From: Candidatus Limnocylindria bacterium
Lineage (GTDB): Bacteria > Chloroflexota > Limnocylindria > QHBO01
NCBI GenBank assembly: GCA_036375355.1
Contig: DASURX010000051.1
Span: forward strand, 1-44,381
Direction: 5' to 3'
Length of the DNA stretch: 44,381 nucleotides
Shown here: piece after piece, positions 9,404 to 17,219 of the stretch
Layout: every line of letters begins with the position of its first letter
How positions within the stretch are numbered: position 1 is the first letter of the stretch
The notes under the pieces: generated by a model
Seen by the model: the letters and a program-made list of their open reading frames with translations, nothing else
Database searches by the model: none
Told to the model about the DNA's origin: nothing
Program-made: the position numbers and the translations under genes

Positions 9404-10920
9404 CGGTCCTGCAACGGCGGATGGGGCTCGGGGAGCTGACGGACATCATCGGTCCCGAACGGGTGGTCGGCATGCCGGTGGGCGAGGTGACGGCGCTGGC
9501 CTACGACTCGCGCGCAGTGACGGAGGGAACCCTCTTCTTCGCCGTGCCGGGCGTACACGTGGACGGCCACGACTACGCGCGCGAGGCAGCGCAGCGCGGT
9601 GCGCTGGCCGTCGTGGCGGAGCGCGAGATCGAGGGTCTGCCCATTCCCCAGCTGATCGTGGAGCGCACCCGCAACGCGCTGGCCGATGCGGCTGATGCCT
9701 GGTTCGAGCATCCCTCGCAGCACCTGCACGTCATCGGCATCACCGGGACCGACGGAAAGACCACGACCGCGTTCCTGGCCAATGAGGTGCTGCGCGCCGG
9801 TGGCCATCGGCCGGGGATGATCGGCACCGTGGCGCTCCTGGTCGGCGACGAGATGGTGCCGAACCCCAACCGCAACACCACCCCGGAGGCGCTGGAGCTG
9901 CAGCAGCTGCTGGCGCGGATGGTTGCCGCCGGCAATGACGGGGTGGTGATGGAGGCCACCTCGCACGGCCTCGCCCAGGCCCGCGTGCGCAACGCCCGCT
10001 TCGCGGTCGGCATCCTGACCAACCTCACCAGCGAGCACCTGGAGTTCCACGGCTCGCTCGACAACTACCGGGCCGCCAAGGCAATGCTGTTCGAGGAGGC
10101 GCCGATCTCGATCCTGAACGCCGACGACCCCTCGTTCGACTACTTCCGCGGCCGCGCCCGCGACCGGGTGCTGACCTACGCGCTGGAGGCCGATGCCGAC
10201 CTGCGCGCGACCGAGGTCGACGCGCGCGGCGACGGCACCACCTTCACGCTCCACGCGCCCGGCTGGTCGGGACGCGTGCATGTCCCGATCCCCGGGTCGT
10301 TCAACGTGCACAACGCGCTGGCGGCGATGGCGCTGGCCCATGTCGAAGGGGTCGACCTGGCCGTCGCGGCGGACGCGATCGCGCGCATCCGGGGCGTGCC
10401 GGGGCGGATGGAGACCGTCGATCTCGGCCAGCCATTCAGCGTGGTGGTCGACTACGCCCACACCGCCGACTCGCTCGGCAAGGTGCTCCGTGCCCTCCGC
10501 CCGCTGGCCACGGGCCGCCTGATCGTCGTCTTCGGCTCGGCCGGTGAGCGCGACCCGACCAAACGGGCGCCCATGGGCCGCGTGGCGGCCGAGCTGGCCG
10601 ACGTCGTGGTCGTGACCGACGAGGATCCCCGGCTGGAGGACCCGCGCACCATCAACGAGCAGATCGCCGCCGCCGCCCGGGCGGCCGGAGCCCGCGACGG
10701 CGAGGACCTGTTCGTCATCGACGACCGCCCCGCCGCGATCGCCCACGCGGTCGACCTGGCCGGTGAGGGCGACGTCATCCTGCTCGCCGGCAAGGGCCAC
10801 GAGAAGACCATCATCTACGGCAGCGAGGGCCGATGGTGGGACGAGAAGGAGGTCGCGCGGCGCGCGCTGCGGGCGCGCGGCTTCGAAGGAGAGACAGCGG
10901 TGCCCGGCTCACATGCCTGA
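9400..10920 (+). CDS. murE: UDP-N-acetylmuramoyl-L-alanyl-D-glutamate:diamino-acid ligase MurE
   Basis: 506 aa. The ATG overlaps the stop of fem paralogue 1 (ATGA, 9400-9403). Motifs: LAYDSRAVTEGTLFFAVPGVHVDGHDY, P-loop GITGTDGKTTT, EATSHGL, DYAHTADSL, and the specificity region TDEDPR. Confidence 0.95.
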   Translation: MTVLQRRMGLGELTDIIGPERVVGMPVGEVTALAYDSRAVTEGTLFFAVPGVHVDGHDYAREAAQRGALAVVAEREIEGLPIPQLIVERTRNALADAADAWFEHPSQHLHVIGITGTDGKTTTAFLANEVLRAGGHRPGMIGTVALLVGDEMVPNPNRNTTPEALELQQLLARMVAAGNDGVVMEATSHGLAQARVRNARFAVGILTNLTSEHLEFHGSLDNYRAAKAMLFEEAPISILNADDPSFDYFRGRARDRVLTYALEADADLRATEVDARGDGTTFTLHAPGWSGRVHVPIPGSFNVHNALAAMALAHVEGVDLAVAADAIARIRGVPGRMETVDLGQPFSVVVDYAHTADSLGKVLRALRPLATGRLIVVFGSAGERDPTKRAPMGRVAAELADVVVVTDEDPRLEDPRTINEQIAAAARAAGARDGEDLFVIDDRPAAIAHAVDLAGEGDVILLAGKGHEKTIIYGSEGRWWDEKEVARRALRARGFEGETAVPGSHA

Positions 10921-11986
10921 GCTGCGCGCCTGGCGCATGACCGATCGCGCCGCATGGGACGCCTTCGTCGAGTCAGCGCCGTACCGCTCCTTCCCGCAGC
11001 TGTGGGCCTGGGGCGAGCTGCGCGAGTCGTTCGGCTGGCGGCCGCTGCGGATCGCGGTTGGCGACGATCCCGATCGCCCGCCGCTGGCGGTGGCGCAGGT
11101 CCTCCTCCGGCGCGTGCCGGCGCTCGGCTGGCAGCTCGCCTACGTGCCGCGCGGGCCGGTCGGCCACCTGGACGAGGCGCCCGTGCGTGACGCAATGGTC
11201 GCCGCGCTCCGCTCGCTGGGACGCAGCGACGGGGTCGCGACCCTCAAGCTCGACCCGGAGGCCACTCCCGATTCTGGGTTCGGCGCCGCGCTGCTCGCGC
11301 CGCCGTGGCGGGCGGCCGCCAAGGTGCAGCCGCCGCGCACCCGGGTCGTGGACCTGGCGGCGGGGGAGGAGGAGCTGCTGGCCGCGCTCAGGAAGAAGCA
11401 CCGCCAGTACGTCCACAAGGCGGAGCGCGCCGGGATCGGCGTGGAGCGGCTGGACGGCAGCACCGACTCCGCCACCGCGCGGCAGGCACTCGACGATTTC
11501 CACGCGATCTACGCCTATACCGCCGAGCGTGCAGGATTCGTCGCCCGGGCGCGCCACTACGACGACCGAGTTTGGTCGCTCTTCGCCCCGTCGGGCCACG
11601 CGCGCCTGGCGTTCGCCACGCTGGATGGCCGGCGCGTCGCCACGCTCTTCCACTTCACCTGCGGCGACCGTGCCGCGGAGGCGTTCGGCGGCATGACCGA
11701 CGACGGCGCCGAATCGCGGGCGAACTACCTCCTGAAGTGGGCGTCGATCATCGGCTTCAAGCAGGAGGGCTTCGCGGTCTACGACCTCTGGGGCCTGGCC
11801 ACCGGCGGGATCGCGCAGTTCAAGGAGGGGTTCGGCGGCCGGCACGTCGATTACGTCGGTGCGCGCGACCTTCCGCTGCGGGCCGCCGAGGACGCGGCCC
11901 TGCGGCTGCTGCTCCCCGCCTACGGCATCGCCCAGCGCACGCGGCTGCGGCTCATCGGCCGCCGGCTGGCAGGGAGCGAGGACTGA
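10913..11986 (+). CDS. FemAB-family transferase, paralogue 2
   Basis: 357 aa. The start overlaps the murE 3' end by 8 nt. It aligns with paralogues 1 and 3 (DRAAWDAFV...QLWAWGEL, AYVPRGPV, RKKHRQYVHKAERAGI, QFKEGFGG). Confidence 0.85.
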   Translation: MPELRAWRMTDRAAWDAFVESAPYRSFPQLWAWGELRESFGWRPLRIAVGDDPDRPPLAVAQVLLRRVPALGWQLAYVPRGPVGHLDEAPVRDAMVAALRSLGRSDGVATLKLDPEATPDSGFGAALLAPPWRAAAKVQPPRTRVVDLAAGEEELLAALRKKHRQYVHKAERAGIGVERLDGSTDSATARQALDDFHAIYAYTAERAGFVARARHYDDRVWSLFAPSGHARLAFATLDGRRVATLFHFTCGDRAAEAFGGMTDDGAESRANYLLKWASIIGFKQEGFAVYDLWGLATGGIAQFKEGFGGRHVDYVGARDLPLRAAEDAALRLLLPAYGIAQRTRLRLIGRRLAGSED

Positions 11987-12016
11987 TGCCCGTGGCGCGG
12001 GATCCGCATCTGTGCC

Positions 12017-12045
12017 GGCCCGCAGAACGTGAACGTTGACGGGCC
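12017..12045. terminator. Possible bidirectional hairpin between convergent fem paralogue 2 and the APH-like gene
   Basis: GGCCCG...CGGGCC encloses the inner palindrome AACGT-GA-ACGTT. Confidence 0.3.
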
Positions 12046-12067
12046 TGACCCGGCGGTAGCCTAGGCT

Positions 12068-13078
12068 TCAGAAGGTGCCATCGTCCCAGCTGCCCCACGG
12101 CCCGTCGAGCAGGTAGAGGCGCAGGCCGTAGGGGACCGAGTCGACATACTCGTCACGGAGCGCCGCGGGCATGCCGAGCACGCTGCGCCGCCAGGCGAGG
12201 GAGCGCTGGACGGTCCCTGTTCGGCGGGCGACCGATGCAGCATCCCGGAGCACCGCGCGGCTCCCGTGGCGGCTCCAGGGCTCGAGGTACGCATCGAGCA
12301 GCCGCGTGACCTCCGAGCCGTTCGGCGCCCAGCCGTTTCGATACGCCAGCGAGCGCAGCGCCACGACGAGCGAGTGGAACGGGTGCGCGATGCAGGCGTC
12401 GCCCCAGTCGAATACGACGTGGTCTTCGCCGCGCAGGAACGCGTTCCCGTCGTTGAGGTCGTCGTGCTGGAGCGTCTCGGGGATCCCGGCAGACGCCAGC
12501 CGCTCGCACTCCGCGGCGAACCTCGCCAGGCCTTCGCGCAGACGGCCGCGCTGATCCTCACCCACGCCGCCCTCCTGGCCCAGCATCAGCAGCTCCGGCT
12601 CCTCCACGAGCGCGGCCAGCTGCCCGGGAAGCGTGGCCAGCCGCAGGTCGGGAACGCCCATCGCCAGCAGCTGGTCAATCCTGCCGGCGAAGGCGACCTG
12701 GATCTCCGCGTAGCGCGGCAGCAGCGCCTCCCAGTGCTCGACAACGCGTCCGTCGTCCAGCTCGCGCAGCTTGATCCCCGCATCGCGGGTCAGCGCCCAG
12801 CCGCGACCCGGATCGGTGGCCACGACCTCGACCGTCCGGTCCGGCCACGAGGCGGCGAGGAGCGGCGTCAGGCGCGCCTCGAAGGCGCCCTCCGGCTGCG
12901 TTCCCTTGAACCACAGCACGCCGGCATCGGTCGGGATTCGCCAGGCGGTCGACCACCAGAAGACATGCGGCCGCTCGATCGGGCCGCGCTGGCGCAGGCC
13001 CGCGTCCGCAAGCGAGCCGTGAATCCAGGCCTCGGCATCGGCCTGGAAGGCAGGGTCATGCCAGGGCAGATCGGTCAT
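12068..13078 (-). CDS. Aminoglycoside/choline-kinase-like phosphotransferase (APH family), substrate unknown
   Basis: 336 aa from the ATG at 13078. Catalytic loop LQHDDLNDGNAF, metal-binding VVFDWGDACIAHP, and a putative ATP lysine in VLWFKG. The longer ORF to 13291 is Arg/Pro-rich and has no homology-like features. Confidence 0.8.
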   Translation of the reverse strand: MTDLPWHDPAFQADAEAWIHGSLADAGLRQRGPIERPHVFWWSTAWRIPTDAGVLWFKGTQPEGAFEARLTPLLAASWPDRTVEVVATDPGRGWALTRDAGIKLRELDDGRVVEHWEALLPRYAEIQVAFAGRIDQLLAMGVPDLRLATLPGQLAALVEEPELLMLGQEGGVGEDQRGRLREGLARFAAECERLASAGIPETLQHDDLNDGNAFLRGEDHVVFDWGDACIAHPFHSLVVALRSLAYRNGWAPNGSEVTRLLDAYLEPWSRHGSRAVLRDAASVARRTGTVQRSLAWRRSVLGMPAALRDEYVDSVPYGLRLYLLDGPWGSWDDGTF

Positions 13079-13087
13079 GGGTGGCGA

Positions 13088-13093
13088 ATCGTA
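13088..13093 (-). promoter_or_regulatory. Candidate -10 (TACGAT on the minus strand) for the APH-like gene; near-leaderless
   Basis: The hexamer lies 9 nt upstream of the ATG at 13078. It sits back-to-back with the fem paralogue 3 promoter candidate. Confidence 0.3.
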
Positions 13094-13113
13094 CGCCCTC
13101 CGGCCCGGTCGTC

Positions 13114-13119
13114 TAGGCT
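13114..13119 (+). promoter_or_regulatory. Candidate -10 (TAGGCT) for fem paralogue 3; near-leaderless
   Basis: The hexamer ends 8 nt before the ATG at 13128. There is no SD. Confidence 0.3.
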
Positions 13120-13127
13120 CTGGCCCG

Positions 13128-14177
13128 ATGCCTCCCATCGTCCGCCGCGCCACCGATGCCGACCGCCCCGCCTGGGATGCCTTCGTCGCCTCCCGCCCCG
13201 AGGCCGACCTGCTCCAGGCGTGGGCCTGGGGCGAGTGCACCGCCCTGGCCGGCGAGCCTCCGATTCGCATCCTGGTGGAGGATGGCGGCACGATGCGCGG
13301 CGTGGCCCAGGCGCTGATGCGCCCGGCCGGCTTCGGGAAGCAGGTCGCTTACGTGGCACACGGTCCCGTCTGGGAGCGATCGGCGCCCGACGCCGAGCGC
13401 GTCTTCGCATGGCTGACCCAGGGCCTGCGCTCCCTGGCCCGCAAGGAATCGGCGCTGGTCGTGAAGATCGACCCGCGCAACGAGCCGGGCCAGCCGCTCG
13501 AGGTCGCCGCGCTGGTCGCGGAGCACGGCCTGCGCCGCGCGCCGGACCTGCAGGCGCCCACCACCCGTATCGTCGACCTGCTCGACGGCGGCGAGCAGCT
13601 CGAGGCGTCGTGGCATGCCGACGCCAGGCGGCTGATGCGCCGCGCCGAGCGCGAAGGCACCGAGGTGAGCATCGGCCGCAGCGCCGACCCGGAGCAGATC
13701 GAGGTCCTGCACGACCTGCTGGCGCGCACCGCGGAGCGTTCCGAGTTCCGCGTCCGCGCACCGGAGTTCCTCTCGCGGCTGGCCGAGGAGCTCAGCGCGA
13801 CAGGGGGCTGGTACCTGGGCATCGCCCGCGTCCAGGGCACCCCGATCGCGGCGATGGCCTTCCCACGCGTCGGAGACCGCGCCTACTACCTGTACGGCGC
13901 CCTCCTGCGCGACGAGCGCTACAAGCACAACTACGGCGCCCACGCGACGATGGCCGCCATGCTGAAGGCGCTGGCCGCCGATGGCTGCCGCTCGGTCGAC
14001 ATGTGGGGCGTGGTCGAGCCGGACGATCCCGATGCCGACCCCGCCTGGAAGGGCTTCTCCGACTTCAAGCGCACGTTCGGCGGCGCTCCGCTGCGCCACC
14101 CCGGCCTGTTCGACCTCGTCACCGATCCGTTCTGGTACCGGCTCCGCTCGCTCCGCGAGCGCCTCCTGCGCCGCTAG
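13128..14177 (+). CDS. FemAB-family transferase, paralogue 3
   Basis: 349 aa. It aligns with the other two paralogues (DRPAWDAFV...LLQAWAWGEC, AYVAHGPV, HADARRLMRRAEREGT, YYLYGAL...YGAHATMAAML, DFKRTFGG). Confidence 0.85.
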   Translation: MPPIVRRATDADRPAWDAFVASRPEADLLQAWAWGECTALAGEPPIRILVEDGGTMRGVAQALMRPAGFGKQVAYVAHGPVWERSAPDAERVFAWLTQGLRSLARKESALVVKIDPRNEPGQPLEVAALVAEHGLRRAPDLQAPTTRIVDLLDGGEQLEASWHADARRLMRRAEREGTEVSIGRSADPEQIEVLHDLLARTAERSEFRVRAPEFLSRLAEELSATGGWYLGIARVQGTPIAAMAFPRVGDRAYYLYGALLRDERYKHNYGAHATMAAMLKALAADGCRSVDMWGVVEPDDPDADPAWKGFSDFKRTFGGAPLRHPGLFDLVTDPFWYRLRSLRERLLRR

Positions 14178-14887
14178 GCCACCTCGGACGAGGAGCGCAG
14201 GACGCCCACCGCGGCGACGATGCCGATCGCCATGCCGATCCCGAACATCGGCCACATGAAGTCGGTCGGCACCCGGCCGGCCAGGACGACCTCCGCGTTG
14301 AGCAGGAAGCTGCCGATCACCACCACTCCGCCGAGCAGCAGAGTCCCCAGCTGCGCCCGCGACATGCGCGGTCGGGCGCCGCGCCGGATGCGGCCGATCA
14401 GCGCCAGGCCGAAGCCGATCAGCGCCAGGCTGACTGCCAGCGGCGCCCACACCGGCCCGGCCCAGGGCAGCGGGATGAGGAAGAGCAGGTCCCAGGTGGT
14501 CAGGCCGCCGGGCCAGCCGGAGAAGACCCACAGCCAGAAGTAGTAGGCGATGTCCCAGGCGCCGAAGACGACCGCGGCCCAGGCCAGCCGCTCGAGGCCG
14601 CCCCGCCCGGCGATCCAGCCCACGGCGGCGATCATCACCAGCGTCGCGATCTCGCGGCCGAGCTCGAGCCAGCCGAGCAGGCCCGCGTTCCGGCTGGTCA
14701 TGTCCAGCGGGAAGACGTCGCCGGTGGCGGCGTCGAGCGCGTGACGCAGGTACACGACCGATGCGGACTCGAGGTAGGCCATCGCCACCGCGTAGGCCAG
14801 CACCGAGGCCGTGAGCCCCAGCAGCGCACGGCGCCCGGTGGGCGGCCGCGGCATCGGGTCAGATGCCTCGAGCTCGCTCCACGTCAT
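14174..14887 (-). CDS. Hypothetical polytopic membrane protein (about 6 TM helices), Trp-rich
   Basis: This is only the 3' third of the 1025-aa minus-strand ORF. It starts at MTWSELEAS and has six hydrophobic segments, including WDIAYYFWLWVFSGWPGG and LLFLIPLPWAGPVWAPL. The rest of that ORF is antisense to relA. Confidence 0.6.
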   Translation of the reverse strand: MTWSELEASDPMPRPPTGRRALLGLTASVLAYAVAMAYLESASVVYLRHALDAATGDVFPLDMTSRNAGLLGWLELGREIATLVMIAAVGWIAGRGGLERLAWAAVVFGAWDIAYYFWLWVFSGWPGGLTTWDLLFLIPLPWAGPVWAPLAVSLALIGFGLALIGRIRRGARPRMSRAQLGTLLLGGVVVIGSFLLNAEVVLAGRVPTDFMWPMFGIGMAIGIVAAVGVLRSSSEVA

Positions 14888-14953
14888 CGGCTCATCTTGG
14901 CAGCAGAGCGCGGCTGCCTGCCAGGGGCATCGGTCCAGCGGCGGCGAGCGAGG

Positions 14954-14962
14954 TGATACCCT
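14954..14962 (+). promoter_or_regulatory. Candidate extended -10 (TGaTACCCT) for relA
   Basis: The element ends 9 nt before the ATG at 14972. Confidence 0.3.
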
Positions 14963-14971
14963 CTCTTGACC

Positions 14972-17188
14972 ATGGATCTGGCTCGCCTGCGGGCGGCCCC
15001 GGCCGCCGTGGTGCAGCGCATCGCGCGCACCCAGCCAGCGGCGGAGCCGTCCCACACGATCACCGACGTCGTCGAGGAGGCGCGTCGCCACCGGCCGAGC
15101 ATCAACATCGGCCTGATCGAGCGTGCCTACGACTACGCGCAGCAGGCGCACGAGGGCCAGATGCGCGCATCGGGCCTGCCCTACGTCACCCATCCGGTCG
15201 AGACGGCGTACTACCTCGCCACGCTGCAGATGGACGCGGAGACGATCGCGGCCGCGCTGCTGCACGACGTGCCGGAGGACACCGAGCTCACCATCGCCGA
15301 TATCGAGAAGCGCTTCGGGCGCGAGGTGGCGCGGCTGGTGGACGGCGTCACCAAGCTGTCCAAGTTCGGCAGCGCGCGGTCGATGGAGGAGCAGCAGGCC
15401 GAGAACATCCGGAAGATGTTCATGGCCATGGCCGAGGACGTGCGGGTGGTCATCATCAAGCTCGCCGATCGGCTGCACAACATGCGCACCCTGGGCTTCC
15501 TGGCCGCGGAGAAGCAGCAGCGCATCGCCCGCCAGACGATGGAGATCTACGCCCCCCTGGCCCACCGGCTGGGGATGTGGCAGATCAAGTGGGAGCTGGA
15601 GGACCTGTCCTTCAAGTACATCGAGCCGGACAAGTACCGCCAGCTGGTCGAGATGCTCGCCGACCGTCGCAAGGTGCGCGAGAGCTTCATCAACAAGAGC
15701 ATCAGCATCCTGCGCAAGGAGCTGGGCAAGGTGGCCATCGAGGCCGAGATCAGCGGCCGACCCAAGCACCTGTACTCGATCCACAAGAAGATGGAGCGCA
15801 AGGGCGCCGAGTTCAGCGAGATCTACGACCTGCACGCCATCCGGGTGCTGGTCGAGGACGTCAAGGACTGCTACGCGGCGCTGGGCGTGGTGCATTCCAT
15901 CTGGAGGCCGATCCCGGGGCAGTTCGACGACTACATCGCCATGCCCAAGGCAAACATGTACCAGTCGCTGCACACCGCCGTGATCGGGCCGGACGCCAAG
16001 CCGCTGGAGGTGCAGATCCGGACGCGCCACATGCACGACGTGGCCGAGGCAGGCATCGCCGCGCACTGGCGCTACAAGGAGGGGTCTCGCGGGGATCGCC
16101 GCTACGACGAGAAGCTCGCCTGGGTGCGCCAGCTGATCGACTGGCAGCGCGAGGTTGCCGATGCCACCGAGTTCGTCGAGGGCCTCAAGCTGGAGGTGTT
16201 CCAGGACCAGGTTTTCGTGTTCACGCCCAAGGGCGACGTCAAGGACCTGCCCGCCGGCGCAACACCGCTCGACTTCGCCTACCGGATTCATACCGACGTC
16301 GGGCACCGCACCATCGGCGCAAAGGTCAACAACCGGCTGGTCCCGCTGGACTACAAGCTGCGCAACGGCGACATCGTCGAGATCATCACGACCAAGGCCG
16401 CGCACGGGCCGAGCCGGGACTGGCTGAACATCGTCCAGACCAATGCCGCGCGCGAGAAGATCCGGCAATGGTTCAAGCGCCAGCAGCGGGACGAGAACAT
16501 CAGCCAGGGCAAGGACCTGCTCGACCGGGAGCTGAGGCGCCTGGCGCACGAGACGCTGGCCTCGACCGACACGACCCGGCTGGAGGCGATCGCCCAGCAG
16601 GCGCACTACCGCGAGCTGGACGACTTCTACGCGGCGATCGGCTATGGCGCGGTCTCGCCCGCGTCGGTCGTCTCGAAGCTGGAGATCCACGACGACGCCG
16701 CCATCGCCCTGCCCGAGGTGGCGCCGCCGGCCGAGTCGGTGTCGACCACCGGCGTCCGGGTGAAGGGCGTCGGGGACCTGCTGGTGCGCTTCGCCAACTG
16801 CTGCTCGCCGATCCCGGGTGACTCGATCACCGGCTACGTGACCCGGGGCAAGGGCGTGACGGTGCACCGCGCCAACTGCCCGTCGGTCCTGTCCGAGCGG
16901 GACATCGAGCGGCTGATCGACGTGGAGTGGGAGAAGGTCGACCAGGCCACCTATCCGATTACGGTGCGCATCGAGGCGCTGGATCGTCCCGGCGTGCTCA
17001 ACGAGATCACGAACGTGGTCGCCGAGCACAAGGTGAACATCGTGGCCGCCTCCATCGGGACGCACCCCGACGGCACGGCCACGGTCACCGCCACGCTGAA
17101 GGTCACCTCGCTCCAGCAGCTCTCCAAGGTGCTGACCCGCATCGAGCGCATCCGGGACATCACCTCGGTCACCCGCGAGGCGCGCTAA
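14972..17188 (+). CDS. relA: Bifunctional (p)ppGpp synthetase/hydrolase Rel (RelA/SpoT homologue)
   Basis: HD hydrolase domain (HPVETAYYLA...LLHDVPEDT), synthetase domain (RPKHLYSIHKKMERK, YQSLHTAV), TGS domain and C-terminal ACT domain. I prefer the ATG at 14972 because an extended -10 lies just upstream. A TTG at 14966 is an alternative. Confidence 0.96.
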   Translation: MDLARLRAAPAAVVQRIARTQPAAEPSHTITDVVEEARRHRPSINIGLIERAYDYAQQAHEGQMRASGLPYVTHPVETAYYLATLQMDAETIAAALLHDVPEDTELTIADIEKRFGREVARLVDGVTKLSKFGSARSMEEQQAENIRKMFMAMAEDVRVVIIKLADRLHNMRTLGFLAAEKQQRIARQTMEIYAPLAHRLGMWQIKWELEDLSFKYIEPDKYRQLVEMLADRRKVRESFINKSISILRKELGKVAIEAEISGRPKHLYSIHKKMERKGAEFSEIYDLHAIRVLVEDVKDCYAALGVVHSIWRPIPGQFDDYIAMPKANMYQSLHTAVIGPDAKPLEVQIRTRHMHDVAEAGIAAHWRYKEGSRGDRRYDEKLAWVRQLIDWQREVADATEFVEGLKLEVFQDQVFVFTPKGDVKDLPAGATPLDFAYRIHTDVGHRTIGAKVNNRLVPLDYKLRNGDIVEIITTKAAHGPSRDWLNIVQTNAAREKIRQWFKRQQRDENISQGKDLLDRELRRLAHETLASTDTTRLEAIAQQAHYRELDDFYAAIGYGAVSPASVVSKLEIHDDAAIALPEVAPPAESVSTTGVRVKGVGDLLVRFANCCSPIPGDSITGYVTRGKGVTVHRANCPSVLSERDIERLIDVEWEKVDQATYPITVRIEALDRPGVLNEITNVVAEHKVNIVAASIGTHPDGTATVTATLKVTSLQQLSKVLTRIERIRDITSVTREAR

Positions 17189-17206
17189 TCCGCCTCGCCG
17201 CGCCGG

Positions 17207-17212
17207 TACACT
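17207..17212 (+). promoter_or_regulatory. Candidate -10 (TACACT) for hisS; leaderless
   Basis: The hexamer ends 7 nt before the GTG at 17220, inside the 31-nt relA-hisS spacer. Confidence 0.35.
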
Positions 17213-17219
17213 CACCGGC

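Noticed and set aside
12025-12037. AACGT-GA-ACGTT palindrome that superficially resembles a GAAC/GTTC SOS (Cheo-type) box
   Set aside because: It does not fit GAAC-N4-GTTC. It also lies between two convergent 3' ends rather than in a promoter. It is better explained as part of a terminator hairpin.
12266-14956. 896-aa plus-strand ORF
   Set aside because: It runs antisense through the APH-like gene, out of frame through fem paralogue 3, and antisense through the membrane protein. The sequence is low-complexity and Arg/Pro/Gly-rich, so I consider it spurious.
17189-17219. T-box leaders for hisS, aspS (19782-19911) or alaS (27774-27873)
   Set aside because: The spacers are 31, 130 and 100 nt. 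That is too short for a T-box riboswitch, which is usually more than 200 nt. I saw no specifier-loop or T-box consensus arrangement.
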